Assembly (NCBI GenBank): GCA_015485525.1
Contig: WFTM01000261.1
Span: forward strand, 12,088-76,087
Origin: Candidatus Zhuqueibacterota bacterium
GTDB lineage: Bacteria; Zhuqueibacterota; Zhuqueibacteria; Zhuqueibacterales; Geothermadaptataceae
DNA: 64,000 nt
Direction: 5' to 3'
Shown here: positions 1 through 9,614 of the stretch, piece by piece
Layout: the number at the start of each line of letters is the position of its first letter
Position numbering within the stretch: position 1 is the first letter of the stretch
Notes under the pieces: generated by a model
Told to the model about the DNA's origin: nothing
Database searches by the model: none
What the model saw: only the letters and a program-made list of their open reading frames with translations
Program-made: the position numbers and the translations under genes

Positions 1-971
1 CTTCCCGTCACACTCCACGAGACCGACTCATCACCGGAATAATTTCCGTATTGATCGTAGCCTGCAGCATGAAGCAAAATGACCTCATCTGTCGTCACAG
101 ACCGGGTTGTAAATTCAGTACCATCCCCGGAGCTGCCCTCGACGACTTTTACAGAACTCACAGCGCCTGCTGCCACGGTAAAAAAGTTTGAAGTTCCGCT
201 TGTGTCTGTCTTGGTCGCAGTGATACGAATATTTGACTGGGCTTTGGTGATTTGCGTATTCGTGACCGTGACCGTTCCGCCCGAACTGATCGTGGCTGAA
301 GTCGGGGTCAGCGTTCCGGTATCATCACTGAGGTTGACAGTCCCGGTCCAACTTGTAATCGTGTTGCTGTACTGGTCTTTGGCGGTAATCTTGATCGAAA
401 ATGCCGTCCCGGCGACCTGGTTGGCAATATCGGCATCCGAGGTGTTGGTCACAGTAAAATGATTGAGCGGACCTGCAACGATCGACACATTATCGGAGAT
501 CGGCCCTTCGCTGTTGCCCGGATTTTGCGCATGTCGCAAGTCGAGCTGATAGCTCCCGACCGTAGAAGGGTTGAGCACATTGCCAAATGTAATCGACACA
601 CTCTGCCCCGCACTCACCGTCGTTCCAGTGCCGTCCCGGGTCAATTCGACATAGTTGTTGGTGTCATCTGTTCCCTGAAACACGGCTACGTTCAGGCCAC
701 CATTCAGCTGATCCGAACTGGCAACCACGATTCCGGTGAGATCAAAAGCCAGCGGGAAGTTGACCGTAAATTTGCTGGTCGGTGTGATATCCTGGTTTGT
801 CACAAAGGTTATCGTGTACAAACTATAGCTGTTCACCGAAGGGTCGTCTGCTGTCGCCGTAAAACTGTTAAACGGTACTCTGGGCGTGGCGCTGACCTGA
901 GGAGGGGTAACGAGGCTTGATGTGAATAAGCCGAGAAGAAGGAAACAGCCGAGAAGTCTTGTCCGTCTCAT
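1..971 (-). CDS. Secreted repeat-domain surface protein (adhesin-like); C-terminal part lies beyond the window start
   Basis: ATG at 971..969 is preceded by AAGGAA. The minus-strand frame stays open to position 3, so it never terminates in-window and is missing from the ORF track. The product starts MRRTRLLGCFLLLGLFTSS (signal peptide). T/S/V-rich beta-type repeats follow, e.g. AGTAFSIKITAKDQYSNTI and LHAAGYDQYGNYSGDESVSWSV, resembling bacterial Ig-like domains. Confidence 0.7.
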   Translation of the reverse strand, partial: MRRTRLLGCFLLLGLFTSSLVTPPQVSATPRVPFNSFTATADDPSVNSYSLYTITFVTNQDITPTSKFTVNFPLAFDLTGIVVASSDQLNGGLNVAVFQGTDDTNNYVELTRDGTGTTVSAGQSVSITFGNVLNPSTVGSYQLDLRHAQNPGNSEGPISDNVSIVAGPLNHFTVTNTSDADIANQVAGTAFSIKITAKDQYSNTITSWTGTVNLSDDTGTLTPTSATISSGGTVTVTNTQITKAQSNIRITATKTDTSGTSNFFTVAAGAVSSVKVVEGSSGDGTEFTTRSVTTDEVILLHAAGYDQYGNYSGDESVSWSVTG

Positions 972-988
972 GATTTTTTCTAATTCCT

Positions 989-1453
989 TTAGAATACTCT
1001 TTCGTCCTTCTGAAAGAAGATGGCAACTCTGCGAACCGGGCTTTTGCGACCAGCCTGATTGATTTTGACATCGACGGTGGCACGGTCTTTAAACGGTTTT
1101 TTCATTGTCAGAGGACCGAAGATGATCTTCACCTTTTCTCCGGCCGGGACAGCCGGACCAAGCCCGCTGCGCCGTAGCACCAGGGCAGAATCCGAAACCT
1201 CGAATGTAAACCCTCCCTTCATCGAAGGGGACCCAACTACCTTGACTGCACTGAAATCAAGGTTTTGCGGTATTTTGATTTCAAAGGCCGCGTCCGGTTT
1301 GAGAGTATCCGTTACTGTAAGGCTGAGTTCGTACAGAGCCGGCTTTCCCTCAACGGCATGCAGCGCTGTCAGGCGCATGTTTTCCTGCGCCAGAGCAGGG
1401 ACAGCCAGAATAAACACGAAAACGATATTGAAAACCCTTGCGATTACATTCAT
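989..1453 (-). CDS. Small secreted protein, paralogous to the N-terminal domain of the downstream surface protein
   Basis: The in-frame ATG at 1453 gives MNVIARVFNIVFVFILAVPALAQ (signal peptide); the track start at 1570 is an upstream extension. FEIKIPQNLDFSAVKVVGS..GGF and LRRSGLGPAVPAGEKVKIIFG align with FTVNFPLAFDLTGIVVASS..GGL and LTRDGTGTTVSAGQSVSITFG of the 1..971 product. Confidence 0.6.
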   Translation of the reverse strand: MNVIARVFNIVFVFILAVPALAQENMRLTALHAVEGKPALYELSLTVTDTLKPDAAFEIKIPQNLDFSAVKVVGSPSMKGGFTFEVSDSALVLRRSGLGPAVPAGEKVKIIFGPLTMKKPFKDRATVDVKINQAGRKSPVRRVAIFFQKDERVF

Positions 1454-1723
1454 GTAATTGCACCCTGTAGTGATAAGTTGTTTTGACTCTATGGGGATAT
1501 CATGATTACACAAACCGTCAGAACATCCGCGACGGAAACGCAAATTGCGTACCATACGAGACAAATCCATGATAAAGTGCGGTAAAGTAATAACTATATG
1601 ATTTTAATTAAACTACAGTGCGTACAGAGCCAGAAACCGGAGGAGGATTTTTCGCGAGCAACAGCAGACTTGTATCTGAAGTGGGACAAAGTGTTCGATT
1701 TTCAAACACTTTCTTGCCGGATG

Positions 1724-2851
1724 CTACTTCAGAATGGCACGTAGTAAGATCAAAAACCCTTTGCCATCATTTTCAGCAAGCTTCAGATTTTTTTCCGCTT
1801 TTTTGAAAAGTGGGTTGATTCGAAGTGCTTTTCTGAACTCCTCAAGAGCTTTCAGAAACAGGTTGCGGCACATAATCAGATAGGCAATCCCAAGGTTGTT
1901 GTGCAGGTCTGCATATTCGGGGTAATCGTTGATGGCATACTTCAACCGCTCCACATAACGGCCAATAAACTGGTTGTCCTTACCCTTGCCGCCATACATG
2001 AATTTGAGGAAAAACTCGTTTTCAAAAGACAGGTCCATCCGTCTGTTGGTTTTTGTAAAAGCATCGCTGTAATGCTTTTCGGCTTCGGAAAAATTCTTGT
2101 CTTCGATCGCCTTTTTCGCCAAATCATAGTCTTCGTTGGCAAACGGCTTGAACAAACTCGCCGCCCGCGACATGTGCTCCTCAATGCGTTTCGCACGGAT
2201 GGATGCCGGGGGGAGCTGGCCGTTATCGACGTTCTCAATCAGGGAAAGCAGCAGCGCGCGCGCCATAAAATAATGGGCTTCAAAATACTGATTGTTGATT
2301 TCCAGAGCAGCCTCGAAGGAACGTACAGCTTCGTGATAGGCTTTTTTCTCGATATACACCCTGCCGAGATTAAGGTTTAAATCAGCAAAATTCCGGGTGA
2401 TATTCAGGCCCTTGCGGAACATCTCCTCAGCACGGGCCAGGTCGTCCTGCTGAAAATAGCACAGCCCGAGATTGTTGTATGCCTCTGCGTATTCGTGATC
2501 AATGCTGATCCCGAGTTCGAAAAAAGCAATAGCTTCATCGATAAACCCCCGGTTCAGCAGCACAAGCCCGAGCTTGTTGCACGAGACAGGATGCTTCACC
2601 TGCCGGACTTTTTCAGCGATATAAAAAAGCAATTCGATATCAGACACCACTTCCTGGTGCTGTTCGCGAACCGCTGCTTCCAGTTCCCCGTTGTTTTTAT
2701 TTTCAGCCACAGGAACGCTGTGGGTTTCAACGATCCGGCCGCTGTCGAAAACATTGGTTATGATGGTTTCTGCTGTTTCCGAAACCGAGGTCTGTACATG
2801 CAGCCGTTTGCTGCCGATGTTGATATCGCTGTTGAGTCCTTGTGCAGACAT
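1724..2851 (-). CDS. Tetratricopeptide-repeat protein
   Basis: The track ORF 1724..2884 starts at TTG. The in-frame ATG at 2851 has GGGAG 7 nt upstream. There are multiple TPR-like units (AEAYNNLGLCYFQQDDLARAEEMFRKGL; ADLNLNLGRVYIEKKAYHEAVRSFEAAL; ADLHNNLGIAYLIM). Confidence 0.75.
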   Translation of the reverse strand: MSAQGLNSDINIGSKRLHVQTSVSETAETIITNVFDSGRIVETHSVPVAENKNNGELEAAVREQHQEVVSDIELLFYIAEKVRQVKHPVSCNKLGLVLLNRGFIDEAIAFFELGISIDHEYAEAYNNLGLCYFQQDDLARAEEMFRKGLNITRNFADLNLNLGRVYIEKKAYHEAVRSFEAALEINNQYFEAHYFMARALLLSLIENVDNGQLPPASIRAKRIEEHMSRAASLFKPFANEDYDLAKKAIEDKNFSEAEKHYSDAFTKTNRRMDLSFENEFFLKFMYGGKGKDNQFIGRYVERLKYAINDYPEYADLHNNLGIAYLIMCRNLFLKALEEFRKALRINPLFKKAEKNLKLAENDGKGFLILLRAILK

Positions 2852-2892
2852 TGCTTTCTCCCGAGCTGCGCGTTTGTTCGACAAAGGGACGA

Positions 2893-3168
2893 CTATTCTT
2901 TGGCTTTGCTGGAGTTAGATGTTTCTTTTTTCTTTGCGTCGCCGGAATGACCATTAGTGCCCGACGAAGCTGATGACCCGTTTTTATTGTTTTTATAATC
3001 CGTCAGATAAAAACCGCTGCCCTTAAAAATCAGGCCGGCACCGCCACCGATGAGCCGCTGTACCGTGCCTCCACACTCAGGGCAGGTTGCCACCGGCTCG
3101 GCGTTGATGCTTTGCAGTTCTTCAAAAACATGTTCGCATTCATTACACTTATATTCATAGGTCGGCAT
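2893..3168 (-). CDS. FmdB-family zinc-ribbon protein
   Basis: The MPTYEYKCNECEHVF...CPECGG pattern has two CxxC pairs, as in the FmdB family. The second ATG (3168) has GGAGGA 6 nt upstream. The C-terminal tail is S/K-rich. Confidence 0.8.
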   Translation of the reverse strand: MPTYEYKCNECEHVFEELQSINAEPVATCPECGGTVQRLIGGGAGLIFKGSGFYLTDYKNNKNGSSASSGTNGHSGDAKKKETSNSSKAKE

Positions 3169-3309
3169 TTCTTCCTCCATATCCTGTTTGTTGCTCTTTT
3201 ACTTTTTGGACAATCGTCGCATTTCTCTTTAGCTTGACATGCGCTGGTTAAATTAAGGAAACTTAATGCTGTGCGCAGGTCGTGCCATCCTGAAGGGTCA
3301 TATTCCGGG

Positions 3310-4509
3310 TCAGCGCAGTTCCGACAGCGCAGCTTTCATCCCCGCCATCGCTTTCTCGAGATTCTCCATCGAATTAGCATAAGAAATACGAATATTATCC
3401 GGTGCACCAAAAGCCTCGCCGGGTACGATTGCAACACCGGCCTTTTCCAGGATGTAGGTGGCGAAATCAACGCTGTTGGCAATGGTAAAGGAACCATCTG
3501 ACCGGCCGAAATATGCGCTGATATCCGGAAAAATATAAAAAGCGCCTCCGGGCATACTGACATCGACCGAAGGTATTGAACTCAGCAAAGAAAAAACGGT
3601 TTCCCTTCTGCGGCTGAACTCATCTTTTTGCTCCTGCATGTCCTCCGCAGGAATGCGCAATGCCGCCAGTGCCGCTTTTTGCGAAATCGAGGCAGCGCCT
3701 GAGGTGCTGTGGCTCTGCACCTTCGCCGCAGCCTTGATGACGTTCTCTGGTCCGGCAAGATAGCCGATGCGCCACCCTGTCATCGCGTGGCTTTTGGAAA
3801 CACCGTTGACGATAAGAACCTGATCTTTCAAATCAGGATAGGCGCAAAACGAGGCGTAATCATCGGTTCCATAAATCAGCTCCAGATAGATTTCATCGCT
3901 GATGACTCCGATGCCGCTGTCTCGGATCACCTCGGCAATTGCGTCCATCTCCGCACGCGAATACACCGCTCCGGTCGGATTGGAGGGAGAGTTAAAAATG
4001 ATCAGCCGCGTCTTATCCGTGATGGCTTCAGCCAGCTGCCGGGCAGTGATCTTAAATCCCATCTCCTGCGTCGCCGGCATGTACACCGTCCGCGCACCGG
4101 CCATGGCGATCTGCTGTGGATAGCTGGTCCAATACGGGGTTGGCAGCAGCACCTCATCGCCGGGATTGCAGACCGCAAGCAGGGCGTTATAAATCGACTG
4201 CTTTGCACCGTTGCTGACGAGAATTTCCCGCGGAGAATACTCCGTGCCATAACCTGCCAGGTAGTTCGCTATTTCCTCACGCAACTCCAGGATACCCGGA
4301 TTGGGCGTATATTTCGTAAACCCTGCATCGATCGCAGCCTTTGCTGCAGCACAGGCCGGCTCCGGTGTGTTGAAATCCGGCTCCCCAGCTCCGAGGTCTA
4401 TGATATCTCTCCCCTGCTGTCGCAACTCGGCCACGCGTGCGGTTACGGCCAGCGTTTTCGAGCCCTCTATCTTTTGTGAAAACAGAGAAGGCACGAGGCC
4501 TTTGTTCAT
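3310..4509 (-). CDS. aspC: Class I PLP-dependent (aspartate-type) aminotransferase
   Basis: The SKSHAMTGWRIGY motif carries the PLP lysine, and NPSNPTG is present. The length is 399 aa from the ATG at 4509, which has a GGAGGA RBS. Confidence 0.88.
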   Translation of the reverse strand: MNKGLVPSLFSQKIEGSKTLAVTARVAELRQQGRDIIDLGAGEPDFNTPEPACAAAKAAIDAGFTKYTPNPGILELREEIANYLAGYGTEYSPREILVSNGAKQSIYNALLAVCNPGDEVLLPTPYWTSYPQQIAMAGARTVYMPATQEMGFKITARQLAEAITDKTRLIIFNSPSNPTGAVYSRAEMDAIAEVIRDSGIGVISDEIYLELIYGTDDYASFCAYPDLKDQVLIVNGVSKSHAMTGWRIGYLAGPENVIKAAAKVQSHSTSGAASISQKAALAALRIPAEDMQEQKDEFSRRRETVFSLLSSIPSVDVSMPGGAFYIFPDISAYFGRSDGSFTIANSVDFATYILEKAGVAIVPGEAFGAPDNIRISYANSMENLEKAMAGMKAALSELR

Positions 4510-4523
4510 GACGTCTCCTCCAA

Positions 4524-5501
4524 TCAACTCATCAGTGCAGTTATGCAACACATCGTCACGATATCATCTACGGAGCATCCCCGTGACAGATCATTTAATG
4601 GACGCGCCGTACCCTGTAGTATGGGCCCCAGAGCAGTATATCCCCCCAGACGTTGTACGAGTTTATAAGCGATATTTCCGGAATTCAAGTCCGGGAATAT
4701 CAGCACCGATGCGGAACCCGCGACCGGGCTTTCTCCAACCTTAGTCCGGGCTATTTCCGGCACGAGAGCTGCATCAGCCTGCAGCTCGCCATCGACGAGT
4801 ATCTCCGGAGCTGCGAGACGAACCATCTGCACCGCTTCCCGCACCAGCTCAACACGCTCGTGTTCGGCGCTGCCTTTTGTCGAAAACGAAAGCATGGCCA
4901 CCCGCGCCTGTTCTCCGGTCAGTCTTTCGTGCGATTTTGCAGTAGCTATGGCTATTTCAGCAAGCGTCTTGCTGTCCGGCTCAGGTATCACTGCGCAATC
5001 TGCGAAAGACAGCTTGCGCTTCTCATCCGGTGAAAGCATGAGAAAAAAACTGGAGACAGCATGAAACCCCTCTGCAACGCCGATAACGCGAAACCCGGCA
5101 CGCAACACGTCGCTTGTTGCAGCCTGTGACCCGGCCAGCATGCCGTGCGCCTCTCCGGCAGCAACCAGAGCTGCCCCGAAATACAGTGGATTGCGCAGAT
5201 AAGTATGCGCTTTTTCCGGTGTCAAACGATCATCACGCCGGCGCTGGTAAAGCATGTCTGCATACTGCTCTGTTTGTGCATCAGTGCCGGGGGAGCGGAT
5301 GAGTGCCGAAGAGACATCGACACCCAGTTCGCTCGCACGCGAAAAAATTTTATCCGGGTCTCCGATGAAAACAACCCGGCACAATCCTCTCTGGAGCACC
5401 TGGTGTGCCGCCAGCAGTACGCGGTCATCACCGGACTCAGGCAAAACAATGGCCCGCTGTAACCGGGCAGCCTTATCATGTATGGTTTTAAGAAAACTCA
5501 C
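4524..5501 (-). CDS. pta: Phosphate acetyltransferase (short form)
   Basis: The 325-aa product shows the typical Pta N-terminus ([17 protein letters not shown]) and C-terminus ([33 protein letters not shown]). The GTG start overlaps the coaD stop (GTGA). Confidence 0.85.
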   Translation of the reverse strand: MSFLKTIHDKAARLQRAIVLPESGDDRVLLAAHQVLQRGLCRVVFIGDPDKIFSRASELGVDVSSALIRSPGTDAQTEQYADMLYQRRRDDRLTPEKAHTYLRNPLYFGAALVAAGEAHGMLAGSQAATSDVLRAGFRVIGVAEGFHAVSSFFLMLSPDEKRKLSFADCAVIPEPDSKTLAEIAIATAKSHERLTGEQARVAMLSFSTKGSAEHERVELVREAVQMVRLAAPEILVDGELQADAALVPEIARTKVGESPVAGSASVLIFPDLNSGNIAYKLVQRLGGYTALGPILQGTARPLNDLSRGCSVDDIVTMCCITALMS

Positions 5502-5986
5502 CGCGATAATCTGTCGATCAGTGCTGCTTGCACATTCTCTGGTACGAACTGGCTGACATCTCCGCCGAAACGGGCTACTTCCTTGACGATCGTTGAATTC
5601 AGATAAGTATATTTTTCGTGCGGCATCAAAAACACGGTTATCAGCTCCTGGTTCAATTTGCGGTTGACCAATGCCATCTGAAACTCAAACTCAAAATCAG
5701 AGATTGCCCTCAGGCCGCGCACGATGGCTGAAGCCTTTTTCATGCGGGCATAATCGACGAGTAAACCATGAAAACTCTCGACAGTTACCGAGTCCATTCC
5801 ATGCGAGTGTAACGCCTCACGGATCAATTCAACCCGTTCATCCGTGCTGAAGAGCGGTGTCTTGGATGGGTTGGTCAATACAGAAACGATGACCTGGTCG
5901 AAAAGGCGCGTAGCGCGAAGGATGACATCGATATGGCCGTTGGTTATCGGGTCAAACGTCCCCGGGTACAGGGCTGTGGTTTTCAC
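5498..5986 (-). CDS. coaD: Phosphopantetheine adenylyltransferase
   Basis: [14 protein letters not shown] nucleotidyltransferase motif; 162 aa; GTG start with AGAGGAG RBS. Confidence 0.93.
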   Translation of the reverse strand: MKTTALYPGTFDPITNGHIDVILRATRLFDQVIVSVLTNPSKTPLFSTDERVELIREALHSHGMDSVTVESFHGLLVDYARMKKASAIVRGLRAISDFEFEFQMALVNRKLNQELITVFLMPHEKYTYLNSTIVKEVARFGGDVSQFVPENVQAALIDRLSR

Positions 5987-6545
5987 GTTCTCCTCTTTTC
6001 ATCTTTTGTATGAAATATAACGCCGAGTCACCGCTTTTTTTCTGCGTGACACATTCTGTGTTGTCAGGCAGTTGCAGAACGACTCTGTTGGACTCTTCGA
6101 TGACCAGGAGACCGTCATCAGCCCAAAAAGAATTGTCTGCACTCAGAATATCGATGAGTTTTTGAGCAAGCCCCTGGTTGTATGGCGGGTCGGCAAATAT
6201 CAGAGGAAAGGCTTGACTGTGATAACGTCTGATAAAAAGAAAAACATCCGTGATGTAAACTTCAGCCCGTTGGATGAGGTGCGTTTTTTCCAGATTCCGT
6301 AGCAGGGTGCTGCGCACGGCCCGGCTGCTGTCAACAAAAGTGACGCGTTCAACACCCCGGCTCAGAGCTTCGATACCAAGGGATCCGGTTCCGGCAAAAA
6401 CATCAATCGCCATGTCCGGCAAAGGACATAGCGATTGTAACGTATCAAACAGTTTTTGCCGGGTTCGGTCTGCCGTCGGGCGCGTTGTACGGCCCCCCGG
6501 GGCATAAAGAGTAACACCTTTAGCAGTACCGGCTATCACCCGCAT
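5952..6545 (-). CDS. rsmD: 16S rRNA (guanine966-N2)-methyltransferase
   Basis: MRVIAGTAKG..RPT.DR.R..LF N-terminus; VFAGTGSLGIEALSRG SAM-binding motif; DPPY motif. Confidence 0.88.
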   Translation of the reverse strand: MRVIAGTAKGVTLYAPGGRTTRPTADRTRQKLFDTLQSLCPLPDMAIDVFAGTGSLGIEALSRGVERVTFVDSSRAVRSTLLRNLEKTHLIQRAEVYITDVFLFIRRYHSQAFPLIFADPPYNQGLAQKLIDILSADNSFWADDGLLVIEESNRVVLQLPDNTECVTQKKSGDSALYFIQKMKRGERENHSPVPGDV

Positions 6546-6563
6546 GGCAAAACCGGCGGCAAA

Positions 6564-7595
6564 TCAGTATGAGTACAAGTTGAACACCAGAACAAGACTG
6601 ACGGAACTCTGGTCTCTTGCTCCGGGGTCTTTGTTGATCAGCGATGCTTTGGTCACGACCATCGCCGGTGCAGCAGAGGCCAGGTCGTTGAGAAGGCGGG
6701 TGGCCCCGTCCATCGAGCCCTGCAGGTTAACCTGTATCGGTGTAACCGTAAAACCAGCTTCCGTGTATTCGGAGCTCTGGTTCAGGGTTTTCAGGGACAT
6801 GCCGTTTTCGCTGGCAGCTTGTTTGAGCCAGGTGCGAAACTCAGATACAGACATGTCTTTAATCTGTCCGCCATAACTGATCGGAGCTGTTTCCGGATCA
6901 ACAGTTCCCGAGACAATAGCCTGCACCCGTGAGGTGGCGACAAACTTGCCTTGCGATACTTTGCGGACATCCTTGACATCAACATCAGAGGCGATGCGAT
7001 CCATGGTTGCTGCTATGCCGCTGTTACTGTTGCTCACGAACTGTGCCATGAAGGCATTGTCGGAAAACCGGATCAGCGTAAAAACGGCACCGTCTGAAAT
7101 CGCTGCGGCGAGTTCACTGATCGTATAGGCACTCATACGTGTGGAGAGAAGCATTTTCTTTTCCAGAGGAGTCAGGGAGTTGAAGGTATCCATATCTGAC
7201 TCGCCACCAGCCTGGACTGGAGCATCGATATCGCCCTCGTTTTGTGTGCCTTCCGACAGTGCCGGATTGTCCGTCTGGGACATACCACCCTGTGTCTGCT
7301 GCATCTCACCGGATGGATTTGTCAGGGTAGGCAGCGTGCCATCATCCATGCTCTCATCTTCAGGAATGAAAAAATAGATAGCTGCTGCGATGACGATCAC
7401 CAATGCCCCGAGAATGACGTACAACTTTGCGTTACCAGACCCGGTAGACAAATCCGAAAAATCTGAACTATAACCGCCCGGGGGCGCTGCTGCCGGCGCA
7501 TCATTATCCAGATTGATTCCCTGGCCAAAGCCGGACTCTCCTGAATAATTCTGTTGCCTCGACTCTTCTTCACCGATTAAATTAATGTCAACCAT
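6564..7595 (-). CDS. PilN/PilO-like bitopic membrane protein (hypothetical)
   Basis: The N-terminus MVDINLIGEEE resembles the PilN INLLP motif. A low-complexity cytoplasmic linker follows, then one TM helix (LYVILGALVIVIAAAIYFFI). The C-terminal domain ends in beta strands (VSLVLVFNLYSY) like PilO. GGAGGT RBS. Confidence 0.45.
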   Translation of the reverse strand: MVDINLIGEEESRQQNYSGESGFGQGINLDNDAPAAAPPGGYSSDFSDLSTGSGNAKLYVILGALVIVIAAAIYFFIPEDESMDDGTLPTLTNPSGEMQQTQGGMSQTDNPALSEGTQNEGDIDAPVQAGGESDMDTFNSLTPLEKKMLLSTRMSAYTISELAAAISDGAVFTLIRFSDNAFMAQFVSNSNSGIAATMDRIASDVDVKDVRKVSQGKFVATSRVQAIVSGTVDPETAPISYGGQIKDMSVSEFRTWLKQAASENGMSLKTLNQSSEYTEAGFTVTPIQVNLQGSMDGATRLLNDLASAAPAMVVTKASLINKDPGARDQSSVSLVLVFNLYSY

Positions 7596-7630
7596 GGTGC
7601 TCTACCTCCGTGAGCTGTTGTGTGTTCTTG

Positions 7631-8599
7631 CTAAAGTCCCTTTATAGCTACGCCCACTGAAGTAACATACGCTTCGGGATGGTCCGTAACTTCTTGCTCT
7701 TCCGGCGTGGCAATGATGGTGATTTTTTCAAAAGGATTTACTTTGCGGATATTGATGGCGTGTGCCGATGACAGGGTTTCGATAACGATATCATCGACTG
7801 CATCGCCGTAAAGCAATATCTCGTGCATATCCTCGATACTTTTGCCGAGCTTATTATCGAGAATTACCCGGCGCAGCTCCTTGGAGATGATTCTGGCCAG
7901 ATGCTCGCCATTCTCCGTACTGAACGTGCCATCTTCATCAATAGGATAACCAACTTCCTGGGAAAGGTAGTAATCGTTATACAGAATCGAGAGCTGGACG
8001 TTCTTCTTGCGGATATCCACCAGGGCAACCTTTTTCTCGGCCTCAAAATTATATGTAGTCTCTATCACGCGTTGTGCGGAGAAGATATCCACATCGATTG
8101 CGCGCAACTGCATACTCGTGCCGGCAAAAAGCTCCTTGATACTCTCCACCACCTGTTTACGAATCAACACAAGGACCATCGCGCGCTCATACTCACTGTT
8201 CGTGCCGACATTCAATGTCTGATATCCGATGTTAAAATTATCGATCGGATTGATGACATACTGGCTGACTTCCCAGTGAATATGCTCGCGCAGCTCCTCG
8301 CCTTCCAGGTTGGCATCCAGGGGTATTTTTTTGATCAGCACCATATCGGAATCAAGCGAAATCGCCGCTTGCGTCGTTCGCATACCCGCCATTTCATAAA
8401 GCCGATTGATGTCATCGGACAGTACTTTTGCAAAGTCCGACTTTTCAAGTGATGTCAGCTCCATGGGATAGCGAACGGACCCTTTGACCACTTTGACGAT
8501 TTGACGTCCCTGGCCTGACGTGACCGCTTCTGTCATCCTGACAACAGTATCACGTACACTGATCCCGATCAGACCCTCCTCGGTCTGTTGATGATTCAT
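7631..8599 (-). CDS. pilM: PilM-like actin-fold ATPase-family protein
   Basis: 322 aa with a PilM-like layout: IGISVRDTVVRM N-terminal strand, VALVDIRKKNVQLSILYND central segment, C-terminal SVGVAIKGL. It sits directly upstream of a PilN-like gene. Confidence 0.55.
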   Translation of the reverse strand: MNHQQTEEGLIGISVRDTVVRMTEAVTSGQGRQIVKVVKGSVRYPMELTSLEKSDFAKVLSDDINRLYEMAGMRTTQAAISLDSDMVLIKKIPLDANLEGEELREHIHWEVSQYVINPIDNFNIGYQTLNVGTNSEYERAMVLVLIRKQVVESIKELFAGTSMQLRAIDVDIFSAQRVIETTYNFEAEKKVALVDIRKKNVQLSILYNDYYLSQEVGYPIDEDGTFSTENGEHLARIISKELRRVILDNKLGKSIEDMHEILLYGDAVDDIVIETLSSAHAINIRKVNPFEKITIIATPEEQEVTDHPEAYVTSVGVAIKGL

Positions 8600-8630
8600 T
8601 CATTTGCTCCCTGGTTGATGGCCTGGTGGT

Positions 8631-9533
8631 TTAATTTGCTGATTCCCAACTCGTCACACCGTTTTCGATACGACCATGATTTTTCAGCTTGAGCGCACCC
8701 ACGGTGGATTTCAAAAAGCTGCGGGCAACCGCGAGACTGTCCTCGCGTGTAATCGGTGATTCCACGATAAAAACCTTGATTGCCGAAGTATCGATAACCG
8801 TGACCTTATAGGGCTTCCTGGTCGTAGGACATACATACATTGAGTCGGCAAGCGTAAAAATATTCGAAAGTTGTGCCTTGGTTTGACGAAGATAACCGAT
8901 TATCGTCTCGTAGTTGTTTCTGATCTTATTACTTGCAGCGAGCGCTTTTTGCAGTTTATTCTGAGCGATCATGTTTTTGATGATCTCATATTGCAGAAAG
9001 AAATCTTTTCTTTCTACAACTTCGCGGGCCTTATCGAGGGTCTGCGTCGGGGCGTAAGGGTGTGCCTTCAGCTGGTCCTTGATCACCTGCATTTTGTCGC
9101 GCAGACGGCGCACATAATAGGTTATCTCTGAAATACGATTTGCCAGCGAATCCTGAGCAACGGTATCCAGCGGACTGATCGTCTGCAGAAAACCATCCAG
9201 TTCAATCTGCACCTGCTTGATCGAATCGAATTCTGCAGTCACCTCATCCAGGGGCCCGCTGAACATCGAATCCACATAGGCATGATAGCTGGAATCTGTT
9301 TTAATAAACTGAATCAGTTCTTCCAGGCTGTCTGTATATTGATGGTGGAAACGGTGGTATTGCAGAGCAGCATTATAAATATTGCTCATGCGATAGTGAC
9401 TCACCTCGGTATTTCTGGCCTCTTCCTCCCACAGTTTTTTCGGATAATAGATGGAAAAAACCAGTGCCGCCGTCAGGAGTACGATCAGTATCTTGTAAAC
9501 GATCGACCCCTTTCCATAATTGTCTTGTGCCAT
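8631..9533 (-). CDS. Membrane-anchored helical protein, pseudopilin-like N-terminus without a prepilin cleavage motif (hypothetical)
   Basis: Strong RBS (GGGAGGAAAA-ATG) and a single N-terminal TM helix (IVYKILIVLLTAALVFSIYY). RMSNIYNAALQYHRFHHQYTDSLEELIQFI follows, reminiscent of pilin/pseudopilin helices. There is no G/FTLIE motif. Confidence 0.5.
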   Translation of the reverse strand: MAQDNYGKGSIVYKILIVLLTAALVFSIYYPKKLWEEEARNTEVSHYRMSNIYNAALQYHRFHHQYTDSLEELIQFIKTDSSYHAYVDSMFSGPLDEVTAEFDSIKQVQIELDGFLQTISPLDTVAQDSLANRISEITYYVRRLRDKMQVIKDQLKAHPYAPTQTLDKAREVVERKDFFLQYEIIKNMIAQNKLQKALAASNKIRNNYETIIGYLRQTKAQLSNIFTLADSMYVCPTTRKPYKVTVIDTSAIKVFIVESPITREDSLAVARSFLKSTVGALKLKNHGRIENGVTSWESAN

Positions 9534-9614
9534 TTTTCCTCCCTCACTCTGGATAAATGATGTAATGGTTTCTTGGATTTTTCGTTTTTTCCTCCGGTGC
9601 TTCTCTTGTATAAT

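Noticed and set aside
79-920. Plus-strand ORFs 79..462 (127 aa) and 459..920 (153 aa) from the ORF track
   Set aside because: They lie antisense to a continuous minus-strand frame (1..971) that has an RBS, a signal peptide and repeat-domain protein character. Their own translations are low-complexity and arginine-rich with no start context, so they are shadow ORFs.
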